Positions 26,251 to 40,030 of a stretch of 64,000 nt of DNA are shown here, one piece after another (position 1 is the stretch's first letter; each line of letters begins with the position of its first letter). The notes beneath the pieces are model-generated. The model did no database searches, was not told the origin of the DNA, and was given only the letters and a program-made list of their open reading frames with translations. This DNA is from Vicugna vicugna (Eukaryota). A program made the translations under genes and the position numbers. The stretch is from contig MU058065.1 in NCBI GenBank assembly GCA_013265495.1, positions 1,263,527 through 1,327,526 of the forward strand. Direction: 5' to 3'.

Positions 26251-28329
26251 TTATTAAGACAGATGAAACTAAACTCTGATGAAGAAGCATAATTTACATG
26301 ACAATGAGAAGATTTGGGCACGAGTCCAAAACTTCCATCTTTCAAATGAGAGTAAAACAGATTTACAGAGAGAAAATTTTAAGGTAATTAGGAAACATAC
26401 GAGTTTAGTTATAAAAATTAAATATACATATATGTGTATATATAATGTGTGTATATTTATACACATTTCACAACTGTATACAAGAAATTTATTCATTCAT
26501 TATCATTCCCAAGTAAAAATCATATTAATGCAGGAAAACAAACCTAATCCAAAAGTCTATTTTGGACTCTGTCCACTAGCCATGGCTCAATTCCTAATTG
26601 ACCAACATATTATATCATAAATCAGATTGTGGAAAAACATACATTTTTCATTTGTTGAGTAGAGAATGAACTCAGTGTTAATTCTTATTTTATTAGTTTT
26701 TAGTGGTTTTAAAAACTGGAATATTGATGAGGTGACCTTCTTCCTAAAGTTTTCAAAACTGCTTGGCCAAGTGAGAATGAAATAAACCTAGATGAGCCAG
26801 ATATGGTTTCACAGCAGAAGAGCATGTTAACCAGAAAAGCTGAGGAGGTGCCCATGAGTTTTCAGAGAGATTAGCTTCTCTTTGGTAAGACTGAACTTAT
26901 TTTACTGGCAGAACTTTGCAAATGCTTTTAATCTCCCAGAGTATCATTTTCTACATTTTTAAAATAATGAAATTATGATGGCCAGTGTTGAAATGTTATT
27001 TTAAAGCACTTTTTTGGATTTTGGAGCATATTCTGTTGGTCTTAATGTAATATGATTAATCTGAGTCTGGGCCAAATGTGAGCCCTATGAATTAACCATT
27101 TTATAAATGAGAATGAAAGAGTCCTCCTCTACCAGCCATGCCTGGTGGCATCTAGTAAATTAATTCTCCCCGACAGGACCAAAATATATGCTCTTTAGAT
27201 TTGTTTTGGCTGGTGTTATATATGAAACATGAGTGGTTCTAAACCTATGTGATCATCAGATGGCCTTGGCATAGATTGGATAATGAGATCAAAATATTAT
27301 AATTTTCCTATGGTACATTCTTCTCCCTATATGGATAATTATATCTTCTTCAACTAATTGCTTTTCTGAAAATAATAAGAAAATTATATGTTGCTGGCTG
27401 TAATTGTCAGATTCCAGAGTGTATTTTTCATTATTTGATGTTGGTCTTCGAGTGTGCTCCATACATCTGGGCCGCTAAGGTTAATGCCTAGTTTGGAACA
27501 CCTAATCTTTGGTTCTATGATGAAGGAAATCTAAAGCCATATAGACAGATTGACTTTAGTGGTTGAAAATTAATTTGACCTTTTAAGTTACAAAGAAGCC
27601 TGGGTTGTGACAAAGATCTACTGACCTTTTTCTCAACAAATTTTTCACCAATAAAGCTTAGGACTTAATTTTTAGTCATTATAGTAACCTCTCCTTTCAT
27701 TTATTATCAGTTCGCACTGTGGACCTCTAGGGAATTACTTGTCACAGCTGATTTTTTGTCACTCTAGAGATCCGTGAAACATTATATTTGATAACCACCC
27801 TAAGACCTGATTAAATTGCCTGGGATAAGAGCCCTTTTTCCCTTGAAACCCAGCCACATAGATAAGTCCACTATAGCAGTTATGAGCAAGTCAGAATGGC
27901 TTCCATCATCCTTCCATAATCACGGCCTGGATAAACCTCCTCTTTCTGATTTTTGAGGTTAATATGCGTCAGATTTCTCCCTCTCATAATAATGATATCA
28001 CATTAAGTATCCAGAAACAATTCTTTTACTCTATTATATGTTGCATTCTTCTTTCTGTAAAGGCTTTTGATTTAAGCTATTTGTAAAAATATTTGAAAAG
28101 GTCACTGACCTTAAAATTGCTATTATTATATGGAATCAAATGATATGGAAGCAAAACATTTTAATTAATGTCCACAGATTATGTTCAATGTCTACAACAT
28201 GCTGTAGAATGTTCTTTAAAATGCTATCTGTATTCCACGCTCTTGTCTCATCTGAAACAACCTTATACCTGAAGTATTGTTTGAGTCCAGCCTGCTCTGT
28301 CTCCCTTTTTTCCTTTTTCAGTCCAGTTT

Positions 28330-29055
28330 TTTAATTCATTAGATTCACGTATTAATATGATTTTCTAGGACCCACTACACGCCCTCTGTTAAGTTAGTAT
28401 GGTAGAGAACTAAAAGAGATACAGTTTTCGTCCTAAACAATCTTAAAAGCAAATTGATGAAAAAGAACCAATCATAAGACACACAAAAAATGGAGAGTCG
28501 CTAATTGATTAGTGCCAGACAGGAGAAGCTGGGTGAGATATGACCTGGGCCTGCAGGTCAGGAGAAGCCTCCCTGGTGAGTGCTGTTTGAACTGAGAGCT
28601 ACAGGATGACTAGGTGTTAAGAAGTGAAGGAGCAGGGAAGCATCCCAGGCAGATGGCACAGATATGCAATGATCCTGTAGAAGGCAGCAGAAGGAAAGGA
28701 GAGGACCAGTGTGCCCTGGTTACACAGCCCTCAGGGGCAGGGCGCAGGGGAGGCTGGAGCGGGTAGCAGAGAGCTGTGCGTGCCTGACCTGATGAGCCAA
28801 GGGGAGAAGTCTTGCCTTCAACCTAAAAGCAGTGGGATGACAACTAGGAACAGGGGATGATTTTGAAAATTCCCTCTGGCTTCATGTGGCTGGCAGGGGG
28901 AGGGTAGATCAGATCTAGTAAATAATTTAGGAGGCTATTAAAGTAACAGGAGACTTTAATAATAGTAGCTGGGACTAAGGAGAGAATGGTAGACACGGAG
29001 AGAAGTGAGTAGGTTTGTGAGATTTTTAAGAGCTAAATTAAGGGAAGCTGGTGAT
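28330..29055 (-). mobile_element. LINE-2 fragment
   Basis: caggagaagcctccctgg...tttgaactgaga...gcatcccaggcaga...tttaggaggctatt...ggagagaagtg. Confidence 0.85.
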
Positions 29056-29152
29056 CATCCTAAACTCACTGTCCTGTTGGTCTTCTCAGATGCTGCTTTG
29101 TTCTTGCCATCAACCGATCTGAGAATGAAAACCATTGTCATTGAAACACATC

Positions 29153-29620
29153 CAGCTCTTCCTTGACTTACAGTGGTGTTACATCCCAACAGAACCATCT
29201 TAAGATGAAAATATTGCAAAGTCAAGAATGCATTAAGTACACCTAACCTACCAAACATTAGCTCCTCCTAGCCTGACTCACCCGTGCCCAGAATGCTTAC
29301 ACTGGCCTCCAGCTGGGCAGCAGCATCTAACAACAGGAAGCCTGTTTTATGATGGGGTGTTGACTATCTCCTGGAATTTATTGAGACCAGAATCGTTGTA
29401 TGGCTGCAGAATGGTCATAAGTGAATCTGGGGTTCACCTTTGTGATCGCTTGGCTGACCGGGAGCTTCAGGGGCCCAGCATCATGAGAGAGGGTCTCATC
29501 ACATATCTCAACCCCAGGAGAAGAGCAAAATTCAAAATTTGAAGTATGGTTTCTACTGAACGGGCATCACTTTTATGCCATCCTAGTAAGTCGGACCATC
29601 GTTAAGTCAGGGACCACCTG
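29153..29620 (-). mobile_element. MER47/Tigger5-type TcMar DNA transposon
   Basis: Ends cagctcttccttgacttac and taagtcagggaccacctg followed by TA; internal acacctaacctacc and aaattcaaaatttgaagtatggtttctactgaa. Confidence 0.85.
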
Positions 29621-30816
29621 TATTTACTGGGCCCCACCCCAACCTACACACCACGCTACTCTTTAAAAAAGTTCCTGCCAACTTGAAACGCTGCAATCTG
29701 GCATGCAAACCTCTCAGTGTGACCCTAGCCACCTCGTGACTCTTATTTTCTACTGTTCTCCTCAAAGAACTAAAGCATGTAATAGCTATCTAAAAAGTGT
29801 CATATAAATACGAACTGAATAGTTTTCCCCCTCTTCTTTCATCCCTCCTTTTTTCTAGCATCAAGTTTCTGCTTTCCTTACCAACGCACTTAGTTCCACT
29901 TGGATTGCTTTGCTCAAATTGATCTTCCCCATATTTGCCCTCCCCTAAACCCCAACTAATTTTTTTTCTAGATTTACCATTTTTTCCCCTAAATCTTGCC
30001 CTTTATTCAAAGTCAAGCTGTAATAAAAAAAAATCCTAGCTCCGTACAGTGATCTCCTGGATCATTTTATTCTTCTTGGTCCCCCACCCTTCGATTTCAA
30101 ATTCCCCTAATTGTCAATTACTCAGCATGTGCATCCTGGCCTTTTCACTTGCCTTTCTGTGAAATAGCTTAGCTTTTAAACTGAACTGGAAATGACTCAA
30201 GAGCATCATTCTTACCTTAAAAATCCTATATTCCAAGAGTGTAATATGGTGTGAAGTAAGCCTGAAGTCATATCCTCGTAACTGTAGCTAAAGGGCAGCG
30301 TTGGTCCCAACTAAACCACATCAAAGGAGTCTCCAAAGAAAAGAAATGTTGCATTATTTTTAAAAATGGAGGAAAGTGAGAAGGATAGACTTGAATAAAA
30401 TAAAATAGAACAGATAGTCTCTATACCTAATAATTTACCTCTTCGTTAGAAACCCTTTGTGACAGAGAGCAACCATGTAATCCTCCTAGTCATTCTAACA
30501 AAGTAAATCACTATAGTGTATAAAGAAGACAATTTAGAAATAAAACATGGAGTATACGCTTCCAACAAGTCATTAACAATTCAACTTAAACCTGAATTTG
30601 AATCTGGGAAATTAGGTGAGTAAAAGCAGGAGTGTTTATTTTCCTGGTAAACATTTACTTCGGGTTTTTGGAAACCACTTAAGAGTAGCAAAATTAAGGG
30701 CAGCAAAATAAGCACATAGAATTAACACCCAAATTAGGGATGAATGACGAGGGTTACTTCTAACCCACTCCTGCTCAGAGCAAAGTAAAGGGATATCATC
30801 TCCTCAAGACTCACCT

Positions 30817-31246
30817 TGTCACCGAGTCCAGGCTCATACTGCTCACCACACGACAGGCCAATAAATCCAGAGATGAGGTGTTGCGGCAAGGAATAATGAC
30901 TTAATTTGAAAAGTCAGCAGATAAGTCCAGGTGGTGGACTCGTGTCCCAAAGAACCAATTTCCCCTGGGCTAGAATTCAGGTTTCTTTTATACTAACAGG
31001 GGAGGGAATAAAGTCTTAGTTCCAGCCAGAATCCAGAAGGGGGGTGTTAATTTCTTCCTCCCTGCAGTTACTCACATGTGGGCCTGGTCAGGACGTTTCC
31101 TGTGAGCTAAACAAAGGCATTTTAGCTCAACGCTCGTTGCCTAGGAGGCAGGGTTCCCAGGGATGGGCCATTACGTACAATTTAAGCTTATAGGCAGCAT
31201 CCTTTTAGTGATCAATGTGTAATGGTATTGAGTCTTCCCTTTTACA
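30817..31246 (-). mobile_element. Solo LTR, ERV1-like
   Basis: TG...CA termini (tgtcaccgagtcc ... cttttaca) and near-perfect 4-bp TSD acct/gcct; body resembles laurasiatherian ERV1 LTRs. Confidence 0.8.
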
Positions 31247-32639
31247 GCCTTGAATTTGGCATCTTCCCCAGGCTGGTCACCGGCTCCTCACGTTTGTGAT
31301 TAGCCAATCCTGTCATTGCCCCAAACCCTGATTCTGAAGAGCTGCATCCCACGTTTGCCTGTTAGTGGACTTTGCTCCCTCCACCACCAGCTTTTCAGGA
31401 AGCAGCTTCTTCCACTGACAAGTAGACAGAGAAGTAACAGGACTTCTGCATCCTGACCTTCCTTTAAGTTAGAAAGGCTGCATTAACCCAAAGTGCCTCT
31501 CTCTAAACCCTCTGACCACTCCCTCCTTGCCTCTTCCTTTCACCCCCATCCCAGATTTGCACCCATAACTGGGCCCAGCATCTTCCTTTTGTACACTTTA
31601 CCACTCAATCACCAGCATGCACCATCCTTACTCTTTTTAAAAATTTGTAATAATTAATCTATTTCATCTTTTAATGCATCTTTAGCTTGTTTCGTTTGCT
31701 AGCTTTTTATATGCTTTCAATTTTTACCTGATACAGTCTCCTTATTTCTGACTTCAATGCTTTACTGCCTTTTAGTCCTTTTATTCATTCCTCATTGTTT
31801 TTCCCCTTTAATATTTATTTTTATCTTCAATTATTTGGGGTTTTTAAATGGCATTTTAAGTGATAAAAATAATAATGACATCAAGGAAAAGTAGATAAAA
31901 AAGGGAAATTACTCGTGATTCTCAAAGAAAATATTTATTTGATACTTTATACAACATTCTATTTTTGTTTACCCCCTTTCCTGAATATCTTTCCCTTTTT
32001 ACTCCTCCAGCCCCCAAGACAAGGACAGGCAACTAATAAGACTGGGATTCTGGAAGCTCGTGACTCTGGCTGGAGTGGCCCACACAATGTGAAGAACTGG
32101 CAGGGCAGAGAAAAGAATGAAACCGTTCTCACTGCAGCCCCAGGAGAGAGATGCTAAGGGTGGGACTCAGGGCAGCTTCATCAGCTGGGTTCAGCGTTGG
32201 TGGAAACTGTGGAGTCCTCAGTACTGAAGACCGTAGATGTCCACAGTGGTGATGGGGCTCGCTGGGGTTCTCCTGTTCTCCTTTTCCTCATGGGGAAAAA
32301 GTCCCTCTGAGGGATCCCGCTTGACACCACACTGCTCCAGACTAGGGGATGGGGTGACACAGGTAAAACACACTTTATCATTGTCTGTGTGGTGATCCTT
32401 GGTTTTTGAGCTCTGCAGGGTTCCTGCCGCTTCTTCATTTGTAGCCCCAAGCTTTCCCAGGCTCTTTTCATTGGTTCGTAGCTGTTTATTTATTTATTTT
32501 TTGTAGTCTTTGTCATGGAAATGAGCACTGGGACCACTTAGCCCTCTATCTTGCTGACATCATACTCCGAAACATCATTTTGAATAGCATAATGTTTCGT
32601 CATTTAACACAGAGCTGTATTTAGACAAATTATAAATAA

Positions 32640-32860
32640 AATAGGAGTGACAGAGAATGGCAGCTAAGAGCCAGCCTAACAGTTATTAGCTATGTGACCG
32701 CCAAGTAAGTTACTAAACCATTCTGGTCCTCCATTTCCCCATCTGTAAATTGGAGAAAATATAAGTAATCATCTCTAGGATTGCTTTAAGGGTTAAATGA
32801 GATAATTAACATTAAGTACCAAACAAATAGTAGTAAATGCAAAATTTTAGCCATTATTAT
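32640..32860 (+). mobile_element. MIR SINE
   Basis: agctatgtgacc...tttccccatctgtaaattggag...gggttaaatgagataat core. Confidence 0.85.
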
Positions 32861-33129
32861 TACAAGTACACACTAATTAAAAATAACGTATTATATATTA
32901 AAATTATATATGATAAAGCTTAAATTTAAGTCTCTCCACCTCAAGTTAGACAACAGTAACATAATTTTGATAAATTTACATAATTATCATAATTTGATAT
33001 CCTCTTCCTCCTTCCTAATTTCTCAGACATTATCCAAATCCAACATTTCTTACTTTTATCTAATTTGTTATAATGACTTCTCAACACAGCCCTCTGCCAC
33101 TCTCCCCTTTTTAATCCATCCAACATGAC

Positions 33130-33570
33130 TTACTTGGATCTTCTTTATCAAGTCCTGGTTAGTATCCTTGCCTTCAGTATGTGGTCAAAACTCCTTCCAA
33201 AGTCCACACCTCTGGGCAAACACATCCCCTTGAATTTGCCTTCTTCTGCTCTCCCCTCTACCTTACAGCCATTGCCCAGACTCTGGTCCTTATTATTTCT
33301 TTTTTCTCATTTGAAACATCTCTCCCCTGCTTTATTACTTGTTGAATTCAAGATTCAGCACTAGTATACGTCTTCCAAAAAGCCTGCTCTGATTTCCTCA
33401 GCAAGGAAATTTCTCTTTCAGACTCCTCTCCCTTTGAGTTCTCTTCATCTTCTTCTATTTGTGTCATGGTTATTTGTGACCATGGCTGAGTTTTTTATAT
33501 TGCTCAGGGAGGGATTGTAACATTGACACCCACATCATCTAGCTCAAAGGTGTTAATGACAGATTGGATG
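33130..33570 (+). mobile_element. LINE-2 fragment
   Basis: ttcaagattcagc...tcttccaaaaagcct motifs; pyrimidine-rich. Confidence 0.5.
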
Positions 33571-33919
33571 ACTTTAGGTCATATTAGAAATAAAGAAGGG
33601 TAGGGGTGGTGGAGAAGAGAGAGAAAAGGACCATCCAGAAAGGTTGGCAATCCAAATTAGAGTGACTAAGTCCTTGAATCTGGATGCACAAAAAGGCAAA
33701 GCAAAATTCCCATTATTTTTTCTTTCCCCTGCCCTCAGGCATGGTTGAATGACTTTTCCTAAGAAAATAAGTTTAGTGCTAGCAACCATGTATAAAAACT
33801 GTAACTTTGAAATTGGAGGTCCTGTACTATTTGCACTACATTTTCCACTTTTTAGCCTCTTGTTCTGGGAGTATCTCCAATTCTGGTCTTAAGGCAGAAA
33901 ATTAACTCTGATATACTCT

Positions 33920-34440
33920 TTTTTTTCCTTTTTTTTCCTTTTTTTTCCTTTTTAATTGAAGTATAGTCAGTTTACAATGTTGTGTCAATTTCTGGCATAC
34001 AGCATAATTCCTCAGTCATACATGAACATATATATATTCTTTTTCATATTCTTTTTCATCATAAGTTAATAGAAGATAGTGAATGTAGTTCCCTGTGCTC
34101 TGCAGTATAAACTTGTTGTTTCTCTATTTTACATATAGTTAGTATCTGTAAATCTCAAAGTCCCAGTGTATTCCTTCCCACCCTCTTTCCTCCCTGGTAA
34201 CCATAGGTTTGTTTTCAGTCTGTGAGTCTGTTCCTGTTTTGTAAATAAGTTCATTTGTGTCATTTTTTTAGATTCCACATGTAAGTGATATCATAGGGTA
34301 TTTTTCTTTTTCTGGCTTACTTCACTTAGGATAATGATCTCCAGATCCATCCATATTGCTGCAAACGGCATTATTTTGTTCTTTTTTTTATAGCTATATA
34401 TATTCACAAAACTTCTTTATCCAGTCATCTGTTAATGGAC
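33920..34440 (-). mobile_element. Younger cetartiodactyl-type LINE-1, 5'-truncated
   Basis: Patterned T-tail, then aattgaagtatagtcagtttacaatgttgtg...tagattccacatgtaagtgatatcat; flanks atactcttt/acactcttt are a plausible TSD. Confidence 0.95.
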
Positions 34441-34492
34441 ACACTCTTTTAACATGTTGCTAGCATCCCTTTTCAATCTTTCTGGATTGCTA

Positions 34493-34556
34493 TTTCAATA
34501 TCAATATGTTCCTTCAATACTTGGTTTCAATAGCAATATGTTCCTTTAATACTTGA
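34493..34556. repeat. 32-bp tandem duplication (2 copies, 3 mismatches)
   Basis: tttcaatatcaatatgttccttcaatacttgg / tttcaatagcaatatgttcctttaatacttga. Confidence 0.95.
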
Positions 34557-35468
34557 CCTGGTCCATGAAATGTTTTAAATTTTCTTAAATCCTTCCTATT
34601 GTGGAGTACATCTTTGAGTTCCTCAATTATATTATCGTACAGAAAGGAATCATCTCCCTATCTTTGGTCAAGAGAAGAAAGGACAGCTCACTTCTCTTGT
34701 CCCTCACGCTTGATTCTGTGGGGGTATTCTTGTCAATTTGCCTATTTCTATGTCTCCTAGGGAACATGGTCTAGCATAAGTGGCTGTGGGCAAAGAAGTA
34801 CATGGGCGGGTTCCTCTCTCAATCCAAATTTCTGACAGAAGGTGCAAATTAATCTAAATATCCTTTTCCAGTTTTACATGAAATTCTAAAAGGTCTCTTG
34901 TTGGGACATTTTGTCACTTTGGGCAGTTTATCCTATAGTTTTACCCGTCTTTTTGGAACTGAGCACAATATTGTACTGTATAATGTACTGATACATACAG
35001 CTGTAAATTGTACCCCACTGATAGTGTATTTAACAGAGTGAGAAGATCATGATTTGGACTCTGTCATGTTGAGGAGGGCTAATGACCATGATTTGAAAGG
35101 AAAACATTGAGTAACTATTTCCCCAGTTGAATAGAAATAATGCCTACTGCTCAGTCTCACCCGAGGACATGGAACTACCCACCAGTAGGTGCCACCCTGC
35201 CCTGAGAACCTAAGGCAAGCTGTGTATATTGGAATCCATCAAGAACGGAGCCTTCTGCTAGAACCACTCAAGAGACAGGAGGAATGGACCCATGTGAGGT
35301 GTTAGGCTTAAGCATCACAAAAGTCCTTGCTCCTCACGCTTGGCAGTTCTTTCATGAGATGGATGATGGGGTCTAAGCTTGGACTCCAGAATTCCATGTT
35401 AACTTACAGCTCAGTTTCAATGAATCTACTGAGACTCACGGAGCCTTTTAGCATACAAGGCTCTAGGA

Positions 35469-36845
35469 CAGTGGTTCTTAAACATGTTGGTCTCAGAAAG
35501 CTTTTACACTCAAAAATTATTGAGAACCCCAAAGTGCTTGTGTTTATGTGGATTACACCAATCAACATTTGCTATATTAGAAATTAAGACTGAGAAATTA
35601 TGAAGTATTTAGGTGTTCATTCCTTTAAAGTAATAGTGAATGTATTTCAGGCAGAGGTAATATACTTCTAGGAAAAAATTTATTTCTAAAACAAAACAAA
35701 AAAAACTGAGAAAAGCAATGTTGTTTTACATTCCTACAAAGCTCTTTAATATCTTGCTTAATAGAAGGCAGCTGTATTTTCATATTTGTTCTGCATTAAA
35801 TCTGTAGTTGAGGAAAGAAGATATATTTCAATAGCTTTTCAGAAATCTGTGGATAATTCATCTTTCATACTGCATTCAAACTCGATGAGAGATATTTCTT
35901 AAAGTTTATGTTTCACAATGTTAATTCTACAATCATATAGTGATCTTCTTTGTGTTCTATTACATTGAAAGCCATTTGGTCTCTTTTACACTTTGAATAG
36001 ATATTTCATCCATACGTGATTTTGTAACAACATATGTAGGTCAACTGGAAAATATCGGTTCACATAGTTATAAAAATCTTCCAAATGCACACATATTTTA
36101 ATATATGGTATCAAAAATATCACAATTGTTAATATCACCACCAATATGATTTCAAAAGGTTTTAAATATTGGTAAATAGTCAAGTTCACAACAGCAGATA
36201 CAAATTTTCCAAAATTCATATTATGCTTAGAAAGCTTACATTTTCTCACTGGCGATAAATACTGTCAGCTATTTGCTGTGAACTGACAGGCTCAATTCAT
36301 TCATTTTTGAGAAAATGTCTGCCACGTACGCAAGTCTGATCACTCCAGTTTGCCTGTTAGTTTTCTAAGTAAAATTAGGAGAAAAAAAAGGACTGATTTA
36401 GTTCACAACTAACACAATCACACTAAGCCCTTTCCTCAGACACCAAACTTCGTATGAAGCACGAGTGCTTTAGGTACTTCCCATTTGATGGCATAGATTA
36501 GAAAATTGTAAATATGTATTTGATGTCAATGTTTAATAAAATTATAAAATAATACATATGCTGCTTTATCAAGTACACTTTTAAATGAAATTGCCCTTTG
36601 TGTGTGTGTGTGTCGAGGGGAACAATTTAAGTATTAATACACTTTGGTACCATGGCCTTAATTCAGGCAAAGGCACCAGCACTTCTGTCTACCGTTGCTT
36701 TGCCAAATCTGGGCAAATATTAACATAGTGGAAAAAGCAAGTAGCATCTTACTGTTATGAAAATAGTTCTGATCCCTAGAAACCCCAGGAAGTGTCTCGT
36801 CAACGAGTAGGGGGTGGTCCGCAGCCCACACTCTGAACACCTCTG
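35469..36845. mobile_element. Charlie1-type (Charlie1a-like) hAT transposon, ~1.4 kb, both ends present
   Basis: Starts cagtggttcttaaacatgttggtctcag...aaaattattgagaaccccaaag and ends aaaatagttctga...cccacactctgaacacctctg. Confidence 0.85.
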
Positions 36846-37821
36846 CTTCGGGTACTTTGGGGGAGGGAAGGGATCCAGGAAAGCACTTCCATGAGGTCAG
36901 GGCTTTGGCAGAGGAGTGGGGTAGCTCCTCTACTCTAGCCTCAGAAACCACCAGAATCAAAAGTCCCCAAGAAACAGGAGACAAGGGAGCAGGTCAAGGT
37001 GAGTCCTCAAAAGGTTGCTTGACTGTGTGGCCAATTCAAAGGCAGAGATTAAAATAAGAGATTGTAAACCCTAATACTGAGCTCAGGAATCAGGGACTAC
37101 ATAGATAAAGAGGAAAGCGTTGGTTAGGATGTCAGCGAGAGAGACCTGGGTGAATTTTGGAAAAAGACAAGCCCCCAGAGCTGTTTGTCTTCATGTGTGC
37201 GTAATGTAAACAGGAGGGTTGGCTGTGCTTTGAAGGCCGTGACCACGGGGCCGCAGGGGCTTCTCCGGCTTGACTGTCGGATATATGGATGGGTCACAAG
37301 CATAGTCAGATGTACCCTGTTTTAAGGAAATAAAAAATACTAAAAAAAAAAAAGATAATCCAGGGTGCAACATTGTACATTAAAAAAAACCTGATGTTAA
37401 AAGTGCCAAAGAACCCAGTACATTTTCCCATCAGCACGACCCTGCATCACTGCCTGTAAAACAGGAAGTGAGTCACAAACCAGGTCTGGGGAGAAAAGTG
37501 CTTACATGAGCAGGTTTCCTCTGGGGAAGGAGAGACATGAAAACATTTCTGATCGACTCAGCTTCTTAAATGGAATACAGTGACATTAATGAGGCTCTCT
37601 AAAAGGAGAAGATAGTCAAGGAAACCACGCAATAATGCGCTGCAATCAAATTCAATGGTTTAGTAATTGTGGAAAAATAGAAACCACAAACGGCAAGGGA
37701 AAAAGCTGTAAATAATGCATCTTAAAAACCTCAACAGTAAATAAATTTTTGAATAGGATTCATAGTGTAACTCTTCTTTATTACTGTTCTCCAAAGACTC
37801 TAAATCATCTTTTATGTAACT

Positions 37822-38615
37822 CCTTAAACTCAGGTTTATTATGGTAAAATCAACATAGAGTAAAATTTACCCCTTTTAAGGTGACATATACTTTGAAAAA
37901 TACATGCACAAAGATAATCACAAGTACCACAATCAAGACGTTTACTCTTCCCTTCACCTCCAGGAATTTTCTCCTGCCCCTTGGCATTCAACCCCTACTC
38001 GGCAACCCCAGTGGAAGCAATCTGTTATTTTATTTCTCTGTCTATAGTTTTCATTTCTCTAAAATTTTATATAAATGGGCAATCATACAGTATGAACCTT
38101 TTGAGCCTGGCATCTTTCCCCTGCATTATGCTTTGAGATTGACTCACGTTGGTTCACATAGCAGTCATTCATTGCTTGTTACTGGGGAGCAGTATTCTGT
38201 TGTTTATCTATTCACCAGCTAATGGACATTTGGGCTGTTTCCAGCTTGGGGATATCATAAATGAATTTTATAAAATCACTGTCGGGTGTTGGTATAGACA
38301 TGTATTTTAATTTATCTTAGGTAAAAATCTAGGAGTAAGATTTCCATGGTAGATGGTAAGTGTATTTTCAACTTTGTAAGAAACGGCCAAACCATTTTCC
38401 AAGGTGGCTGTACTCCTTTGCATTGCGAGAGTTCCAGTTGCTCGGCGTTCTCACTGGCACTTGTTTTGTTTTGTTTTTCATTGTAGTCGTTATACTAAGT
38501 GTGTAGTATATCAAATGGGGTTTTGATAACCTCGAGTTGAGCACTTCTTTGTGAATAGTCACCATCCCTATCTCTTCATTAGTTGAATCTACTCAAATCA
38601 TTTGCCCATTATTTG
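37822..38615 (-). mobile_element. Old LINE-1 (L1MB/MC-like) 3' region
   Basis: aaaatttaccccttttaag...atggacatttgggctgtttccag...aactttgtaagaaacggccaaaccattttcca. Confidence 0.9.
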
Positions 38616-39879
38616 TGGGGAGAGAGTGGAGATGATTTGTAGAGACTGAAATGAATAGTACTTGTGCCCTGAAATGCTCTGCTTCTGTCGGGCAGTCAGC
38701 GTGCGAGTGGAGTCTCTTTGTTCGGGAATTGAGCTATGGTTGTTGTTTCTGTTGCTTTCATCATCAATGCATCAGAAACTACAAATTTCTCCAGCTGTGG
38801 GCTGCTGATTCCTTTTGTTTCCTGTAGAGCCTGGGCTACAGTTTTTTAGTGTTCTCCCTTCACTCTCAGATTCCAACAGTTCCTGCAGACTTGTGCCCAA
38901 GATGGGATGTGCCTCTATCCACCCTGCAGCTCCTCTACCAGCAGTTGACTTCCTCTGCTTCTTACTCCAACCTGGGCTCCTAGTAAGGATGCTGGGGGGA
39001 GAAGGGCACAGTGAAAAATCTTGGTCTTCCTTGTCCAACCACCATCTTGGTCTGAGTCTGAAGGGTGAGCCTTTCTCAGCTCTCTCACCCTTACATTCCA
39101 TGAAGGCAAAACTCTTCCTTGTAACTCTGGGTGGGTCACGGGCAGAAGAGTTTCTTGCCTGCTCTACATTGTAGTAGATCTTGGCTTTGCATCAGTGTAG
39201 GGTCTTCAGTGCTTCCTGGCCTTCTTCTAGGGAGCAGTTGGTTTTGCTTATTTTCCTTCTATGAGGAGCAGAACCTGCCCATCCCCAGGCAGCCTAAGCA
39301 TTTTGTTTCACGTGTGAAACAGGTTCAGGGAAGTTATACCTCTTGCAAACAGCAGCCAGTCACCACCTGCACACCTGTACCACCATGGGGGGTTTCTCTG
39401 TGGTGTCCTTTCCTGTCTTTCCCAATCTTTTTCATGAGAACCCAGTCCAGCCCAAAATAAAAAAGAACTTATTAAAAGAAGGCAGAAATAAAATATGCTT
39501 TACTGTTAATAGGTGTATTTTTATGGTAAAGTTATAGATGAATTTTTAAATACTTTTTGGTACTTTCTAAAGCTTATGAAACAAAATTCATCACTTGTGG
39601 AATTATTAATAATCAATAAGAATGTGACATAAAACTTTTCAAAACATGTACTGACTGTCTGCTTAATGGAAGGTATGACTGGGTACCAGAGGTTCAGGGG
39701 TGAGTGAGACATGGCTGCTGCTTTCTTGAGTTCCCAGTTTATTAGTGAATAAATAGTCCGAGCTCTTCCAAGGCTCCCAAAGAGTCAGCGGTAGCTGTCT
39801 GGGCTCTTCTGGTCTCGCCTTGAATGTTGTGTAGCATCACATCCACTGCGTTCTTTTGGTTTAATGCTGTCATCAAGGC

Positions 39880-40030
39880 CAGTCTAGAGTCAAGGCACGG
39901 AGACACATACCCCACTCTCCAACAGGAGGAACGTCAGGAATCTGTGCCCATTTTGAGCCTGCCCCAGTCCACGGGACATCCAACAGCAGAACCAGAATTA
40001 AAACACTCACCTCTCTCCCAAGTTAGTTTT
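39880..40030 (-). mobile_element. MIR fragment
   Basis: caggaggaacgtcagg...tgccccagtccac...gcagaaccagaattaaaac. Confidence 0.5.
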
